Below, piece after piece: positions 46,278-57,555 of a DNA stretch of 64,000 nt. The DNA lies in NCBI GenBank assembly GCA_965112735.1, contig OZ218960.1:186001-250000 (forward strand). Reading direction: 5' to 3'. How positions within the stretch are numbered: position 1 is the first letter of the stretch; each line of letters opens with the position of its first letter. A model generated the notes under the pieces. The model did no database searches. It had not been told where the DNA came from and worked only from the letters and a program-made list of their open reading frames with translations. Origin of the DNA: Phaeosaccion multiseriatum (taxonomy: Eukaryota > Protista > Ochrophyta, other classes). A program made the translations under genes and the position numbers.

Positions 46278-49200
46278 CACACACACGCACCGCATGGACG
46301 TCCTCCACCCTCCTGTCGCAGTCCCTCCGCATGGCGAGGAGTCGAGCCTCGATCTCCTCCTGGCTGGCGGCCTGCCTCCTGGCGCTCTCCATCAAGCTCT
46401 CCACGCACTTATCAACGGCCCACAGCCTGAGGGGTCAAGAGTGAATGAAGGGAGGGGGAGGGGAGGCGGGTAGAATCTTTCAGCTTCCTGCCAAAGGCTG
46501 CCAAAGGCTCGTTTCTTTCATCGGCGCATCTCCTTAGTAATCTGTCCCCCTCCCTCCCTCCCTCCTTCCCTCCCTCCTCGCCTCCCCATACGCCTCCAAC
46601 TGCCTTTTTCCCTCCCTCACTCACCCGTCGCTATAGAGCCTGTGGAGCCTGTCGAAGAGCCCCGCGTATCTCACTCTTATATCTCTCAGCAGCTGTCCGT
46701 GCTGCAGACATGTAACTGTCACTTGATCGCAGAGGTCGGCAGCGGTGAGGTCTACCCACTTCTGCTCGTAGGTGCAGCGGGCCAACATCTCCTTGCTGAG
46801 GGAGGGAGGCAGGCAGTGGATGAAGGAGGAGGAGGAGGAGGAGGAGGAGGAGGAGGACGAGGAGGAGGACGAGGAGGAGGAGGAGGAGGAGGAGGAGGAG
46901 GAGGAGGAGGAGGAGGAGGACGAGGAGGAGGAGGAGGAGGAGGAGGAGGAGGAGGAGGAGGAGGAGGAGGAGGAGGAGGAGGAGGAGGAGGAGGAGGAGG
47001 AGGAGGAGGAGGAGGAGGAGGAGGAGGAGGAGGAGGAGGAGGAGGAGGAGGAGGAGGAGGAGGAGGAGGAGGAGGAGGAGGAGGAGGAGGAGGAGGAGGA
47101 GGAGGAGGAGGAGGAGGAGGAGGAGGAGGAGGAGGAGGAGGAGGAGGAGGAGGAGGAGGAGGAGGAGGAGGAGGAGGAGGAGGAGGAGGAGGAGGAGGAG
47201 GAGGAGGAGGAGGAGGAGGAGGAGGAGGAGGAGGAGGAGGAGGAGGAGGAGGAGGAGGAGGAGGAGGAGGAGGAGGAGGAGGAGGAGGAGGAGGAGGAGG
47301 AGGAGGAGGAGGAGGAGGAGGAGGAGGAGGAGGAGGAGGAGGAGGAGGAGGAGGAGGAGGAGGCGGAGGAGGCGGAGGAGGAGGAAGGTTAGTCGGGGTG
47401 GCTGTTTTGGTGCGTACATGCGTGTCTTTGTGTGTCTGTTTGTGGGTGCATGTGCCTGTATACGTGTGTGTACGTGTGTACGTATGTACGTGTGGATGTG
47501 CGCATGTGTGGGCCGTGTCAAATACAGCCGAGGGGCCCTCCCTTACCTCTTGTTCCACAGCGCAGGCGTGATTCCGATGCTCTCCCCTAGCCACCGCCCG
47601 TCCACAGCCTGAGCAAGCTCGTTAGGCAGGTCATCCTCATCGTCATTCAGCTGCTGCTGTCTATCCGGCACGGCACCCGAGGCACGGAAGGAGGAGGAGA
47701 AGGAAGAGAAGGAGCCGGCACCCCCCCCTCCCCCACCCCCTGTACCCCCTCTTCTGCCCTCTGCGAGTCGCATGGCCATCGACATGTGGCGTCTCTGCCT
47801 GAGCCCCCTCGCGATGGTGTGTTGCACTCCTTTATAATCCTCCTGCATCTCCTCTTCCAACGCCGACATTTCGTCCTCCTCCCCCCCTCCTCGGGCGAGT
47901 CCCCTGCCATCCCCCACAGCCATGGCCGTTAGGAACACCCTGACTATCTTGTCCACGTCTGACCTGCTCACCGGCAGCTCCCTCACCCCCCTGCTGCGCG
48001 ATACGTACTGCCACATACCGCCTTGCCCGCGCAGTGCCATTGTCATGGCCTGAGGCCGAACCCCTCCTTCTCCGCCTGCTCGTCCTGCCCCTCCTCCTTC
48101 TCCTCCTGCCCCTGCTCCTCCTCGCTCCCCTTGCGTCTTACTCCGGGGCCCCCTCTCTTTCGCGAAGCCTATGCCCCCTGTGGTAGCCGAGAAGCCACCC
48201 TTGCCACCGGCTCCGCCTCCTGTTCCTCCTCCTCCTCCCCTGCGGCCCCCACCCTGGGTCGTGGTTTGTGGGCGGGTGGTGGTGGCCAGGCCTCTCATTG
48301 TGCGTGCCCCTCCCATGATTCCGCCCCCCCTTCCATTCGCACCGTCCAACGTTGGACCACTCCGACTCGTGAGAAGCATGCCTCGGCCGTCCTTGCCGCT
48401 GCTGCTGCTGCTGCTGCTGTTGCCGCTGCCGGCCAGTGGCGTGATGACAGGCAGCTCAGCATGGTGGTCCTCCGGTCCTCCGCCTCCAAAGTCGTCGCCA
48501 ACGCGCCCCCCTCCTCCTTCCTCCTCGGCCATCAGATTCGCGAGCTCCCTCTGGGCCTGTGCTCGGTCCACCTCGTCCTGATCCCTCCCTTCCATGTCCG
48601 TCTCGGCGTCAGGAGCCCGTCCATTGCTGAGGAAGGCATCAAGCGCACGACTGCGACTCGCCGCTGACACTGCCGGAGGAGGGGGGTGTAGAGTATAGTC
48701 GTATGGATCATAGCGAGCTGGTACAGCATGATAATATGGAAAAATGAGTAAATATGCGGGGGGGGGGAAGAGGTTGATTGATCTCCATTTCATTCCCCTC
48801 CGATGTTCACTCACCTGCCCGGGTCATTCCTGCCGTCCTGTCCATCTCCTGCTGCTCAAAGTGAGCCATGCTGAACAGCTCGGGCGGAGGCCCGCTCGGC
48901 TGCCAAAGCGCATCTGTGTCCGTCCGCTCCAGTAGCTCCGGCCCCGAAATGTCCCCGTGCCCATGTGTCATATCAAGCATATGATCCATCTTAATGGCTG
49001 AAGGCCCCACAGCCGCAATCGATGACATGGCGCCTCCTTTGCCGGCGCTGGTATGGGCCTTTGTCTGTGCCCCTGTCCTTGCCCTACCCCCTTCTCCTTG
49101 AGCCTCGTTCTCGGGGAGCGCATCATCGAGACTGGCCCACTGCCGATCGTTGGTGGAAGAGCCTTCCTTCCTCAGATCATCCACGCTGCCCCGGCTGCTC

Positions 49201-49394
49201 CTCTTCGCTCTGCCGTCCTGGCTGCGCACTGACTGCACCGTGATAGGCCGAACGTTGCTCACTCCAAGCACGATTGGGCTGGCCTGATCCTGTCCAAGCC
49301 CTCCTCCTCCGGAACTGCTTCCGTCCCGTAGGCGCAAGGAGGGCGAGGAGCCAAGGGACACGGTGGAGTACTGCTGCGCCCCTACCCCAGGCAT
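34192..49394 (-). CDS. Very large coiled-coil/EF-hand/IQ protein with an axonemal dynein light chain (p28)-like and a TSNAXIP1-like segment, more than 20 exons; possibly flagellum-associated
   Basis: Chain of GT-AG exons from ATG 49394 to TAG 34192. Segments: DLCDQVTVTCLQHGQLLRDIR (p28-like), coiled coil, RFPEFVYTFF..RWALYYG..IFWHLLDE, EF-like VDLPQFLAI..EAVSVFRD, IQ-like VQRTWRRR, LQQWGSQVL..HDLYFNVR..RVRLFAAF. Family calls come from remembered motifs. Could be two genes. Confidence 0.55.
36746..37005. repeat. Intronic array of ~23-25-bp units containing GGATGGCAGTGGATGG
   Basis: About 10 units, by direct reading. Confidence 0.9.
40716..41043. repeat. Pure (GGA)n triplet tract, ~109 units, intronic
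   Basis: Direct reading. Lies just upstream of an acceptor on the - strand, where it reads (CCT)n. Confidence 0.95.
43050..43430. repeat. ~35-42-bp minisatellite (GGGCATAGATGGATATACTGGTATGGATGGTAGAC), intronic
   Basis: About 10 degenerate units. Confidence 0.88.
46824..47385. repeat. (GGA)n triplet tract, ~187 units, intronic
   Basis: Direct reading, with few interruptions. Reads (CCT)n before an acceptor on the - strand. Confidence 0.95.
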
Positions 49395-49671
49395 GGTTCC
49401 GTCCCCTCCTCTACTCTGCCATAAGCTCTGTAGGGGGGGCCTGCGAGGAGAGATCGATTATCAGAGATCACAATTTTTGTAACGCCGTATGGGGAACGGG
49501 GTTAATAACTGAAATTTTTCTACACGACGCTCTCTCTCACTGAGGCCGCGATCGATAAATAATAGTACATCGATCGATCGATAAACAGTACACGATAATT
49601 GTAGAGGGTGAGGAGGGGAACGGAAAGAAGGGCTTACAGATCGCTTTTTGAAGCGCGGTGGACTTTCCCTC

Positions 49672-50598
49672 ATGCAAAAGCAGGCTTTCCCACCTCCGCC
49701 CCCGCTGAAGGACGTGAACGCTCCAAAAAATGAAGCTGCGGAAAAGGGAGAAGCAACACCAGCAGCGGCAGCCCCACCCGCTCCCACGGAAGGTGGCGGG
49801 GAGAAGGAAAGCAGGGCGGCCCCTTATGTGTGGGACCCCCTGTCGAAGAAGGGGAAGGGATGCCCGAGCAGAGAGTGTCTAAAGCGGACGAAGAAGGATC
49901 TGAGAGACCTGCTGCGATCGCCTCTGCCTGGTGTGTTTGTGGCGCCAGATGAGGAAAATGTCACCGTGGTAAGTGGGGGACGGACGAAGCAGAGAGATCA
50001 GGGCGCGATGCGGGACAGTGGTGGGTCTGTAATGTGACATTTCTTGGTGTGTCTGGGCAGAGCACCGTAGCGCCCCGCGAACGGAGATGTGACGCCCCCG
50101 TCCCGTCCCATCGTCCCCTCCCCCTTCCTTGCATGGTCGAAGGTGCACGCGCTCATCACGGGGCCGTTCGACACACCGTACGCGGGAGGTGAGGGAAGAC
50201 CATTCGCGCCATTGTGGCAAGACGCCATACCTGTCTGACCTGACCCCACCGATGCCTCCCTTGCTCCCCTCCTGCTGCCTCCCGTTCGCACGTCCTCCCC
50301 TCCCCTTTCATCCTCTTCCCTGGCCTACAGGGTTCTTCTACTTCATCCTGCGCTGCCCCGACTCCTACCCATACAGCCCTCCCAAGGTTAAGCTCATGAC
50401 CACGGGCGGAGGGCGGGTAAGATTCAATGTGAGTGGGTATGCGAGGGGGGGTGGGAGGCATTTGCGTTGCTTGCGTCGCTCACACAGGAGGGTAGGGTGT
50501 AGGGAGAAGGGGAGACAGAAGGTGCTGTTTGTTGCGTATGTGTGCGTGTGAGCAAGGCGTGTCTTGTCTGGCTCCCTTTTCTCTTGCTGCTCCCTCTT

Positions 50599-50635
<37 letters not shown>

Positions 50636-51455
50636 ACAAGCTTCTATCACCACCCCTCCCCACCTCCCTATTCGTCCCCACTGACGTCTTGTCTGTACGA
50701 ATGTGGCATGTGCACGCATGTCTCGCACTTGCCCATGGCCCAACCGTGTCTGCTGTTGGGGTGTGTCCACACGGCAGCCCAACTTGTACCAGAACGGAAA
50801 GGTCTGCCTATCAAGTGAGTGCAGAATGGAGAGTATTGCATGGCATTGGATTGAATTGGGTTGGATTTGGAGTGTATTGCATGGCATTGGATTGAATTGG
50901 GTTGGATTTGGATTCGCTGTGCCGGTGCTTCCACTCTTCCTGTTGATCTTCACATCCAGAACGCAAGGAGTTGAAAGTTTGCGATTGACTTTCGTTTCCC
51001 CGTTGCTGATTTTCCATTGCTCTACCATCTCGCCTGCAAAATTCAAGTCTCATTTCATTCCTTCCCCTCTTGCCCCTCTCCCCCTTTCCCTCTCTATCCC
51101 CCCCTTCTCCCCCCCTGTCTCTCGTACTCTTTCTCTCCCTGCTCCTCCATCTCCTTCTTTTGCTTTCTCTCTGGCTCTCTCTCTCGCTCTCTATATCCCC
51201 CTCTTCATATCCCTCGCCCTCCCTCCCTCCCTCCCTCCCTCCCTCCCTCCCTCCCTCCCTTGTGCTCGTGCCTCAGTCCTGGGTACCTGGCACGGCCCTG
51301 GGTGGACGCCTGTGCACTCCCTGTCGAGCGTGCTCCTGTCCATCCAATCGCTCATGAACGATAAGCCCTACCACAACGAGCCCGGATTCGAAGTGGCATG
51401 GTGAGAAGAGCGATTCGAGGGAAGAGAGAGGGAGAGAAGAGAGGAGGGGAAGGGG

Positions 51456-51498
<43 letters not shown>

Positions 51499-52338
51499 CG
51501 GTTAGAGACCCCTCTCTCACCCTCCTCACCTCCCCCTCAGGAACCCCGACGACGTGAGCAACTACTCCGCCTGCATCACGCACGAGACGCTCCGGGTGGC
51601 CGTGTGTGAGATGGTGGGCCCCTCCACGTCAATGCACAAGTCCCTCCCTCTGCCCTTCCAGCAGCTCACAAAGGTATCTATTCCTCGTACCATAGAGGGA
51701 AGGAGCAGGAGCACACAGGGGAGGCACTGCGGATGGCAGCAGATGGCGTGTGTCATGTGTATATGTGGAGTGACTTGTTCAGATGAGACAGGAAGGAAGA
51801 AGATGCCTCCTTGCTCCCCTCCAGAAGAAGGGGGGGCGGGAGGACCGCCCAGCAGGAAAAAATGGAATCCGTTCATTCACTTCCCCTCTTCCCCCTCCTC
51901 CTCCTCTGCTGCCTCCCTCCATGTCCCGACACACACACACACACACACACACAGGACCTGTTTGTCTCCTTCGTGGACCACTACACTCTCATATGTCAAC
52001 AGAACTGCCAGAGGGATGGAGCCAAGTTCGCAGACCCGTTTAACAACAACTTGGGCTCCTTCCAATACGCTAAAGTCCTCAGACAGATAAGAGAGATTGA
52101 GCAAGGTATCCTGGTGGGGGATGATACAACAGTAGCAGTTGGTGATTCAGCAGCAGTCGTTGGCGATACAGCAGCCGCAGTAGTTGATGAGACAACACCA
52201 CCAGTTGATGATTCAGCAGCAGTCGTTGGCGATACAGCAGCCGCAGTAGCTGATGAGAGAACAGCAGCAGCGACAGCACCATCAACAGGAGGGGCAGGGG
52301 CAGGAGAAGCAACGGAGTCTGTCCAGAAAGCGAAGTGA
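49672..52338 (+). CDS. UBE2Z: Ubiquitin-conjugating enzyme E2 Z (USE1)-like
   Basis: Spliced reading: [35 protein letters not shown]|[15 protein letters not shown]|[33 protein letters not shown]|[12 protein letters not shown]|[48 protein letters not shown]. The catalytic Cys and the UBE2Z-type C-terminal extension are present. Confidence 0.9.
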
Positions 52339-53053
52339 TCGAACCGTGTGTGTGTATGTGCGTGTGCGCACACGAGGGTGTGGTCTGAGTGACGATAGAC
52401 CATATCCACACACCACACACCACACACACCTCCCATCACTCGTGAGTGAGCTCAGCGGCGGTATTGCGGCAGTGCCGGGGGGGCGGGGTGAGAAGGTGGG
52501 AGAGGAGAGGGGGGCAGGGGCAGGAGAGGAGAGGGAGAGGCCAACCGCGGGCAGCGGTCACAGGCTGGCAGCAAATGCAAAGGAGTGATCGAGGCCCACT
52601 CTCACTGGTGGGAAGGAAGGAACTCCGTGACGTGGGGCTTGGATACAGTCAGAGCGGCTTTGGAGGGGGAGGGGCAGGGGGGGGCGGTTTATTACGTCCG
52701 CCCCTTTGCCTCGGCAGGACAGGGGCTCCCAGGCCAGCGCGAGGGGCACCAGTTTTCTGCCGCCCGTCTCGTGTGGGATGGAATGATTCCTTTTTGTGTG
52801 GAGGGCGGAGAGCAGGGCCTCCTGACCTTGTCTACTTGTATATATTGTATTGAAAAGTGTTTGGGCCCTTTTCGTGCTGAGGAGGCAGCTCCTTTTGAGC
52901 CATCTTCACGCCGCAGCACCAGGAGCCCAGACGGGAGCAAGGAGGAAACCACACTGCATGTGTCATTACGTGTGTCACACCCGCCGGGATCATCATGGTC
53001 GTCATCATCAGCAGTGTCATGGTAGCAGCATCAGCAGCGGCAGCACCAGCAAC

Positions 53054-53089
<36 letters not shown>

Positions 53090-53399
53090 TGGTGATACAG
53101 CAGCAGCAGCAGCAGCAGCAGCAGTGCCGCAAGAGACGGAGAGATGAGAACAAAGCAAAGCCCCAAAGTTTAAACCGGAGGGGAGGGCGGAGGGTGGCTG
53201 TGGCTGGCTTCTTTTCGTGACTGGCGGAGAGCGAGGGTCGCGAGGCCCTAACCCCTCTCTCTCTCTCTCTGTGCGTGTGTATATATATTTTTGTGTGTCT
53301 CTCTCTGGTGTGGTGAGGGACCATCAGAGAGTCTCGTCCAAGGCAAGAAGGGGCTGGTTTTGAGCTGCTGAGGATGGTTGTTGATGGTTAGGCAAGGAA

Positions 53400-53615
53400 G
53401 GGATGGTTGTTGATGGTTTGGGGATGGTTGTTGATGGTTTAGGGATGGTTGCTGATGGTTTGGGATGGTTGGGGATGGTTGTTGATGGTTTAGGGATGGT
53501 TGTTGATGGTTTGGGGATGGTCGTTGATGGTTTGGGGATGGTTGTTGATGGTTTGGGGATGGTTGTTGACGGTTTGGGGATGGTCGTTGACGGTTTGGGG
53601 ATGGTCGTTGATGGT
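53400..53615. repeat. 21-bp minisatellite GGGATGGTTGTTGATGGTTTG x ~10
   Basis: Direct reading. Confidence 0.92.
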
Positions 53616-53861
53616 TGCTGCTTGGGCTCACGGCTGCCGACTGGGCATGCACACGCCAGGGAGGCAGCATCTTTGTTTTCTGCAGGCCTTCTTTTCCTGT
53701 AGGGCTGGGCTTGTTTGAGCATTGCGGTGCAGGGGGGGCACCAATAACAGACAAGGGCAGGGCCATCTTCCGAGGGGAAGGGACAGGGACTGATAGAAAG
53801 GGGATACGCGTGTTGAGGGAAGGGACAAGTGTGTTGAGAATTGAGGCTGCGCTTGGAGAGA

Positions 53862-53896
<35 letters not shown>

Positions 53897-55099
53897 GTAG
53901 CAGTTGGTGATACGAGCACAGCGCACAAGGAGGAAGGGGGTTAGCGTGGAACGCAAGATCCGACGCTTTTTGGCTGCCCACCGCCGCTGTCGCTCAGGCA
54001 GAGGAGAGGAAGATGACGCTGACAAGAAGCAGAAGGAGTGGGCGGTGCTGGAGGAGGGCATGATGGCGGCGAGTGAGACCAAGAGGCGCGGGCGGAAGGC
54101 GCTGGGAGACCTACGTGTGCGTGGAGGGCGTGTTAGAGGCTTCTGTTGGGACTTGAGCTCGCTAGTTCCTCCTTGGCCCTTTTTGAATATTTGCGTCCGC
54201 CTGAAGGCCGTCGCGGCGGTGAAGCTTGGAGGTTGATTCGTCCGAGGGGATGATGTCAATGAAAGTGAGGGCTTGCACAGCCAGGCCTTTCCGTTCCACT
54301 GGATGGGTACTCCTTCGTCAATGGACAAATACATGCGTCGCACATGCGTGTAACATTATATACAAACTGTCTTCCCCATGGGGCAGCACCATTGCTGACT
54401 CGAGACAGGAGCTGCCCGTTCTCTTTGCTACGGCCTTATAGGGTATAGAGGCACAGCCTCTGTCGTATACGCGCATATCCCCCCCCAGCGCCGAGGCACC
54501 AGTAGCTGCAGCAGTAACATGGGCATCAATTGCCCCACATACAGCCCTACCCTCCCTTCCGTTTCTCCATCACTTCCCCCCCTCTCTCCCTCACTCCAAC
54601 AAATTGAGGTGAAGGGCGCCACCTCCCCTCCCAATGGTGGCTGTGGGCATGGAAGAACGGGCGGCCCACGAGTTATATCAAGTCCATAAATACATTCCCC
54701 ACCCCACCCCACCCCACCTCCGGAGCCGTGTATAGCAGGTGGCTGCAGAGCCTTTTGCCCTCGTGGTCCTCCCCCCTCAGAGCTGGCAACTTATCGTAAG
54801 GCCGGGCCCTCGACATCAACTCACTCACATCCCCAATCCCCATGCGGCGTGATAATCGACACATCATGGGGCGGGACGGATGCCAAGAGGTACATGAGTG
54901 GTCTCCTCTGTAACTGACGCTGACTTGACTGTCCGCTGGCCCCGCTCTCTCACCCCGCTGGACACAGGCCCTTTCTTTCACCATTGCCCGAATTGCCCGA
55001 AATGGGTGTGCGGCCGACGAGGCAGACAGACGCGTGTAGCGTAGCGGCCAAACGAAAAGGAAGTAGCGCACCGCCGAGGCCTCTGGAGAACAGTCTCCG

Positions 55100-55140
<41 letters not shown>

Positions 55141-55289
55141 CGCAGACACGCACTGACACAGACATACACAAAAACATCCAGGCACCCAAATGTTTCGAGT
55201 CCGGCCCTGAGACCCGCCCCCATGATGCAGCCGGCTGCACTCATCGCCATCCTCTGCTCTGCTTCTCTGCGCCAGCGCTCCTGTATTGT

Positions 55290-55326
<37 letters not shown>

Positions 55327-55361
55327 CACCGCCTCCCCCCTCCACTAAACCCAACTATACT

Positions 55362-56832
55362 CTACTCCAGCCGCTCCAGCTCCTGAATCCGCGCTATAAT
55401 CTCCTTTTTGCTGCTCTCCTGCACCTCTCCCGCCAGAATGAAGTCATCCAAAATGCTGTACACCTGAGTGAGTTTGCGTTGTGGTGTGTGTACGTGCGTG
55501 TTGTGTGTTGGTGTGCAGTAGTCACAGCGGAGGAGGGGATAGGGGCGTCAGAGGGAGAGCAACAGCAGCAGCAACAGCAGAGCGAGAGAGGGTATATCAT
55601 GATGGGGATGGATCCACATAACTGTCTTTCTCTCCCACAGGGCTGTCAATTGACTCGCATCGCATCGCATCGGCACAACGAGCAAGACATGAATGACATA
55701 AATGAGAAGAACGGGATGAATCACCAGACAACCACTGGGCAGTGTTGCTTACACCGCCACGAACGAGAGGGGCACGGCTTAGAGAAGGAGCCAACGAGCC
55801 AGATATCCAAGTGCACCCCAAGACTCAAAGAGAGGTTCCTTTTAGGGTGAGGATGGGGTGCAAGAAAGGGCCGTCCCGTACCGTAGCCGTACCTTGTTGA
55901 AACCGAACACAATGTCCAGCTCGCACACTTGCTTGAAGCTTGAGTCCAGCAGCTCCACAAACAGGTGGATGGTCTCCAGCGCCAGCAGCTCGTTGTCGGC
56001 CACGTCCATGCCGAATGTGAAGTACAGACCGCAGTACCTGCGGGAGGGCATGCAGAGAGGTTGACGGGTTACGCCACGCTATTGCACCGTGGGTGGAAAG
56101 AGCAGCAGCAGTAGCAGCAGCAGCACCAGCAGCAGCAGAAGGGCTCGGGAGGGAGAGGGGAATTTGCCCTCCTCATTACAAACTAGGTCCTGTGAATACC
56201 ACCGACCTCCGATAGATGAGCTTGTAGGTGCCGTACTCTACGAAGTTGGTGTACTTGCTGTTGCGAGCCACCACCAGCCGGTACACTTCGTTCTCTATCC
56301 GCTCCTGAGTGAGACAAAGGACGGCGTGTTGGGCGAAACAGGACGGACAAAGGGGGTGGAGATGGAAGGAACAAGGTGAACAGGGACAGCAGCGAACAAC
56401 CCCCACAGGTCACTCCACAGCCGTGGGAGTGAGCAGAAAAGCCGGCCTAGCAATACATAGACAGACGTTTGCTGTTCTGGAGGCACGCACCTTGTCGGCG
56501 TCATCCTTGGGGGCCACCCACCACTTGCTGAGTCGAGTCTTGCCCTGCTTATTTTGGAGAAGCAGGAAGCGAATCTGTTGCGTGTGGATGTGAGTGTTCG
56601 GAAGAGGGCGCACACAACGACAGGGAGAAGGCATCAGTGCAAGACGCAGCGTGTACGCAACGGTACAGAGTCAACGGCGGAGGGGCAGGGGATGGGGAAG
56701 GAGGGATGACGGGGAAGGAAGACGTGGAAGAGGAAGAATATTGCCGTCGAGGACGGGTGGGAGCGGCAGCAGCTGAAGAGAGAGGAGCACGAGCAGACGA
56801 AGGAGCTTAAGTACCCACACGAGGCGTACCAT
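55362..56832 (-). CDS. AP2S1: AP-2 complex sigma subunit
   Basis: ATG-only first exon (56832-56830, followed by GTACG), then [18 protein letters not shown].., ..TNFVEY..KLIYR|[36 protein letters not shown]|[18 protein letters not shown] (TAG at 55362). Confidence 0.9.
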
Positions 56833-57474
56833 TTTCGTTGTCCGTTAACTCTCACTCCTCTTCGACTGCCCGGTTCCACGAGCAGTTTATCACCGATTCT
56901 GTGAGTCGGTGGACCAACACGGCAACTTAGTCGTCGGCGTGTGTGTCCATTTTTTTCAGCTGATTTTTTTCTTCTGTGCACCACCCAGCGCAGCACACCA
57001 ACGGGCAGTTCTCTTCCCTCGTCTCTAGCGAAGCCCCACACACTTCGGCGGAACGCAAATGAGAGCTCTGTGAGCTCAACACATCGGTGCCGATCGGTTT
57101 TAGAGTCTTAGTTGGGGAAGGTGAAGCTGAAACTGAAACCTTTCTCACAAGGAAGGCTATCCTTCGGCTCTCACCGTGACTCAGCTCGGAGGCTGACTGG
57201 GTGCCTTAGGGGGGCATAAGGGGGATGGAGAGAGGAAACCAGCTCAACGTGCCTGCATGTGGAGAACAACTCCGGGACGATGGAGAGCGCAATGGCGCTT
57301 GAAGAGCTTGGCCTCGAAAGCGCTGCTGAAAAAAAGTTGACACAGTCTGTCGTGGTGACAGGGGGGGGAGGCCTTGGGAATCATGGACGAACTCGGCCCG
57401 CACAGCTGATGGCAAAAAAAAAAAAAAGCAAAAATAAACCCTAAAAAAGGGCTGATGAGCTGAAAATAAAATTC

Positions 57475-57555
57475 TGAGCAGTGTGGGATTTGAACCCACG
57501 CGTATCACTACATTGGCGCCTAAAGCCAACCCCTTAACCACTCGGGCAACTAAAA
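57475..57555 (-). tRNA. tRNA-Leu(UAG) with unpaired acceptor-stem positions 1-3 (pseudogene or 5'-repaired tRNA)
   Basis: TTTTAGT TG CCC GAGTGGTTAA GGG G TTGGC TTTAGGC GCCAA TGTAGTGATACGC GTGGG TTCAAAT CCCAC ACTGCTC A. The D, anticodon, variable and T arms pair; A and B boxes are present; downstream T-runs follow. Confidence 0.85.

Noticed and set aside
40088-47594. Long poly-P, poly-E, poly-G and poly-L ORFs
   Set aside because: They are translations of intronic (GGA)n tracts, which lack stops in every frame.
57475-57555. tRNA as a SINE head, retrocopy or permuted tRNA
   Set aside because: No CCA, poly(A) tail or target-site duplication on the tRNA strand, and no displaced 5' segment found nearby.
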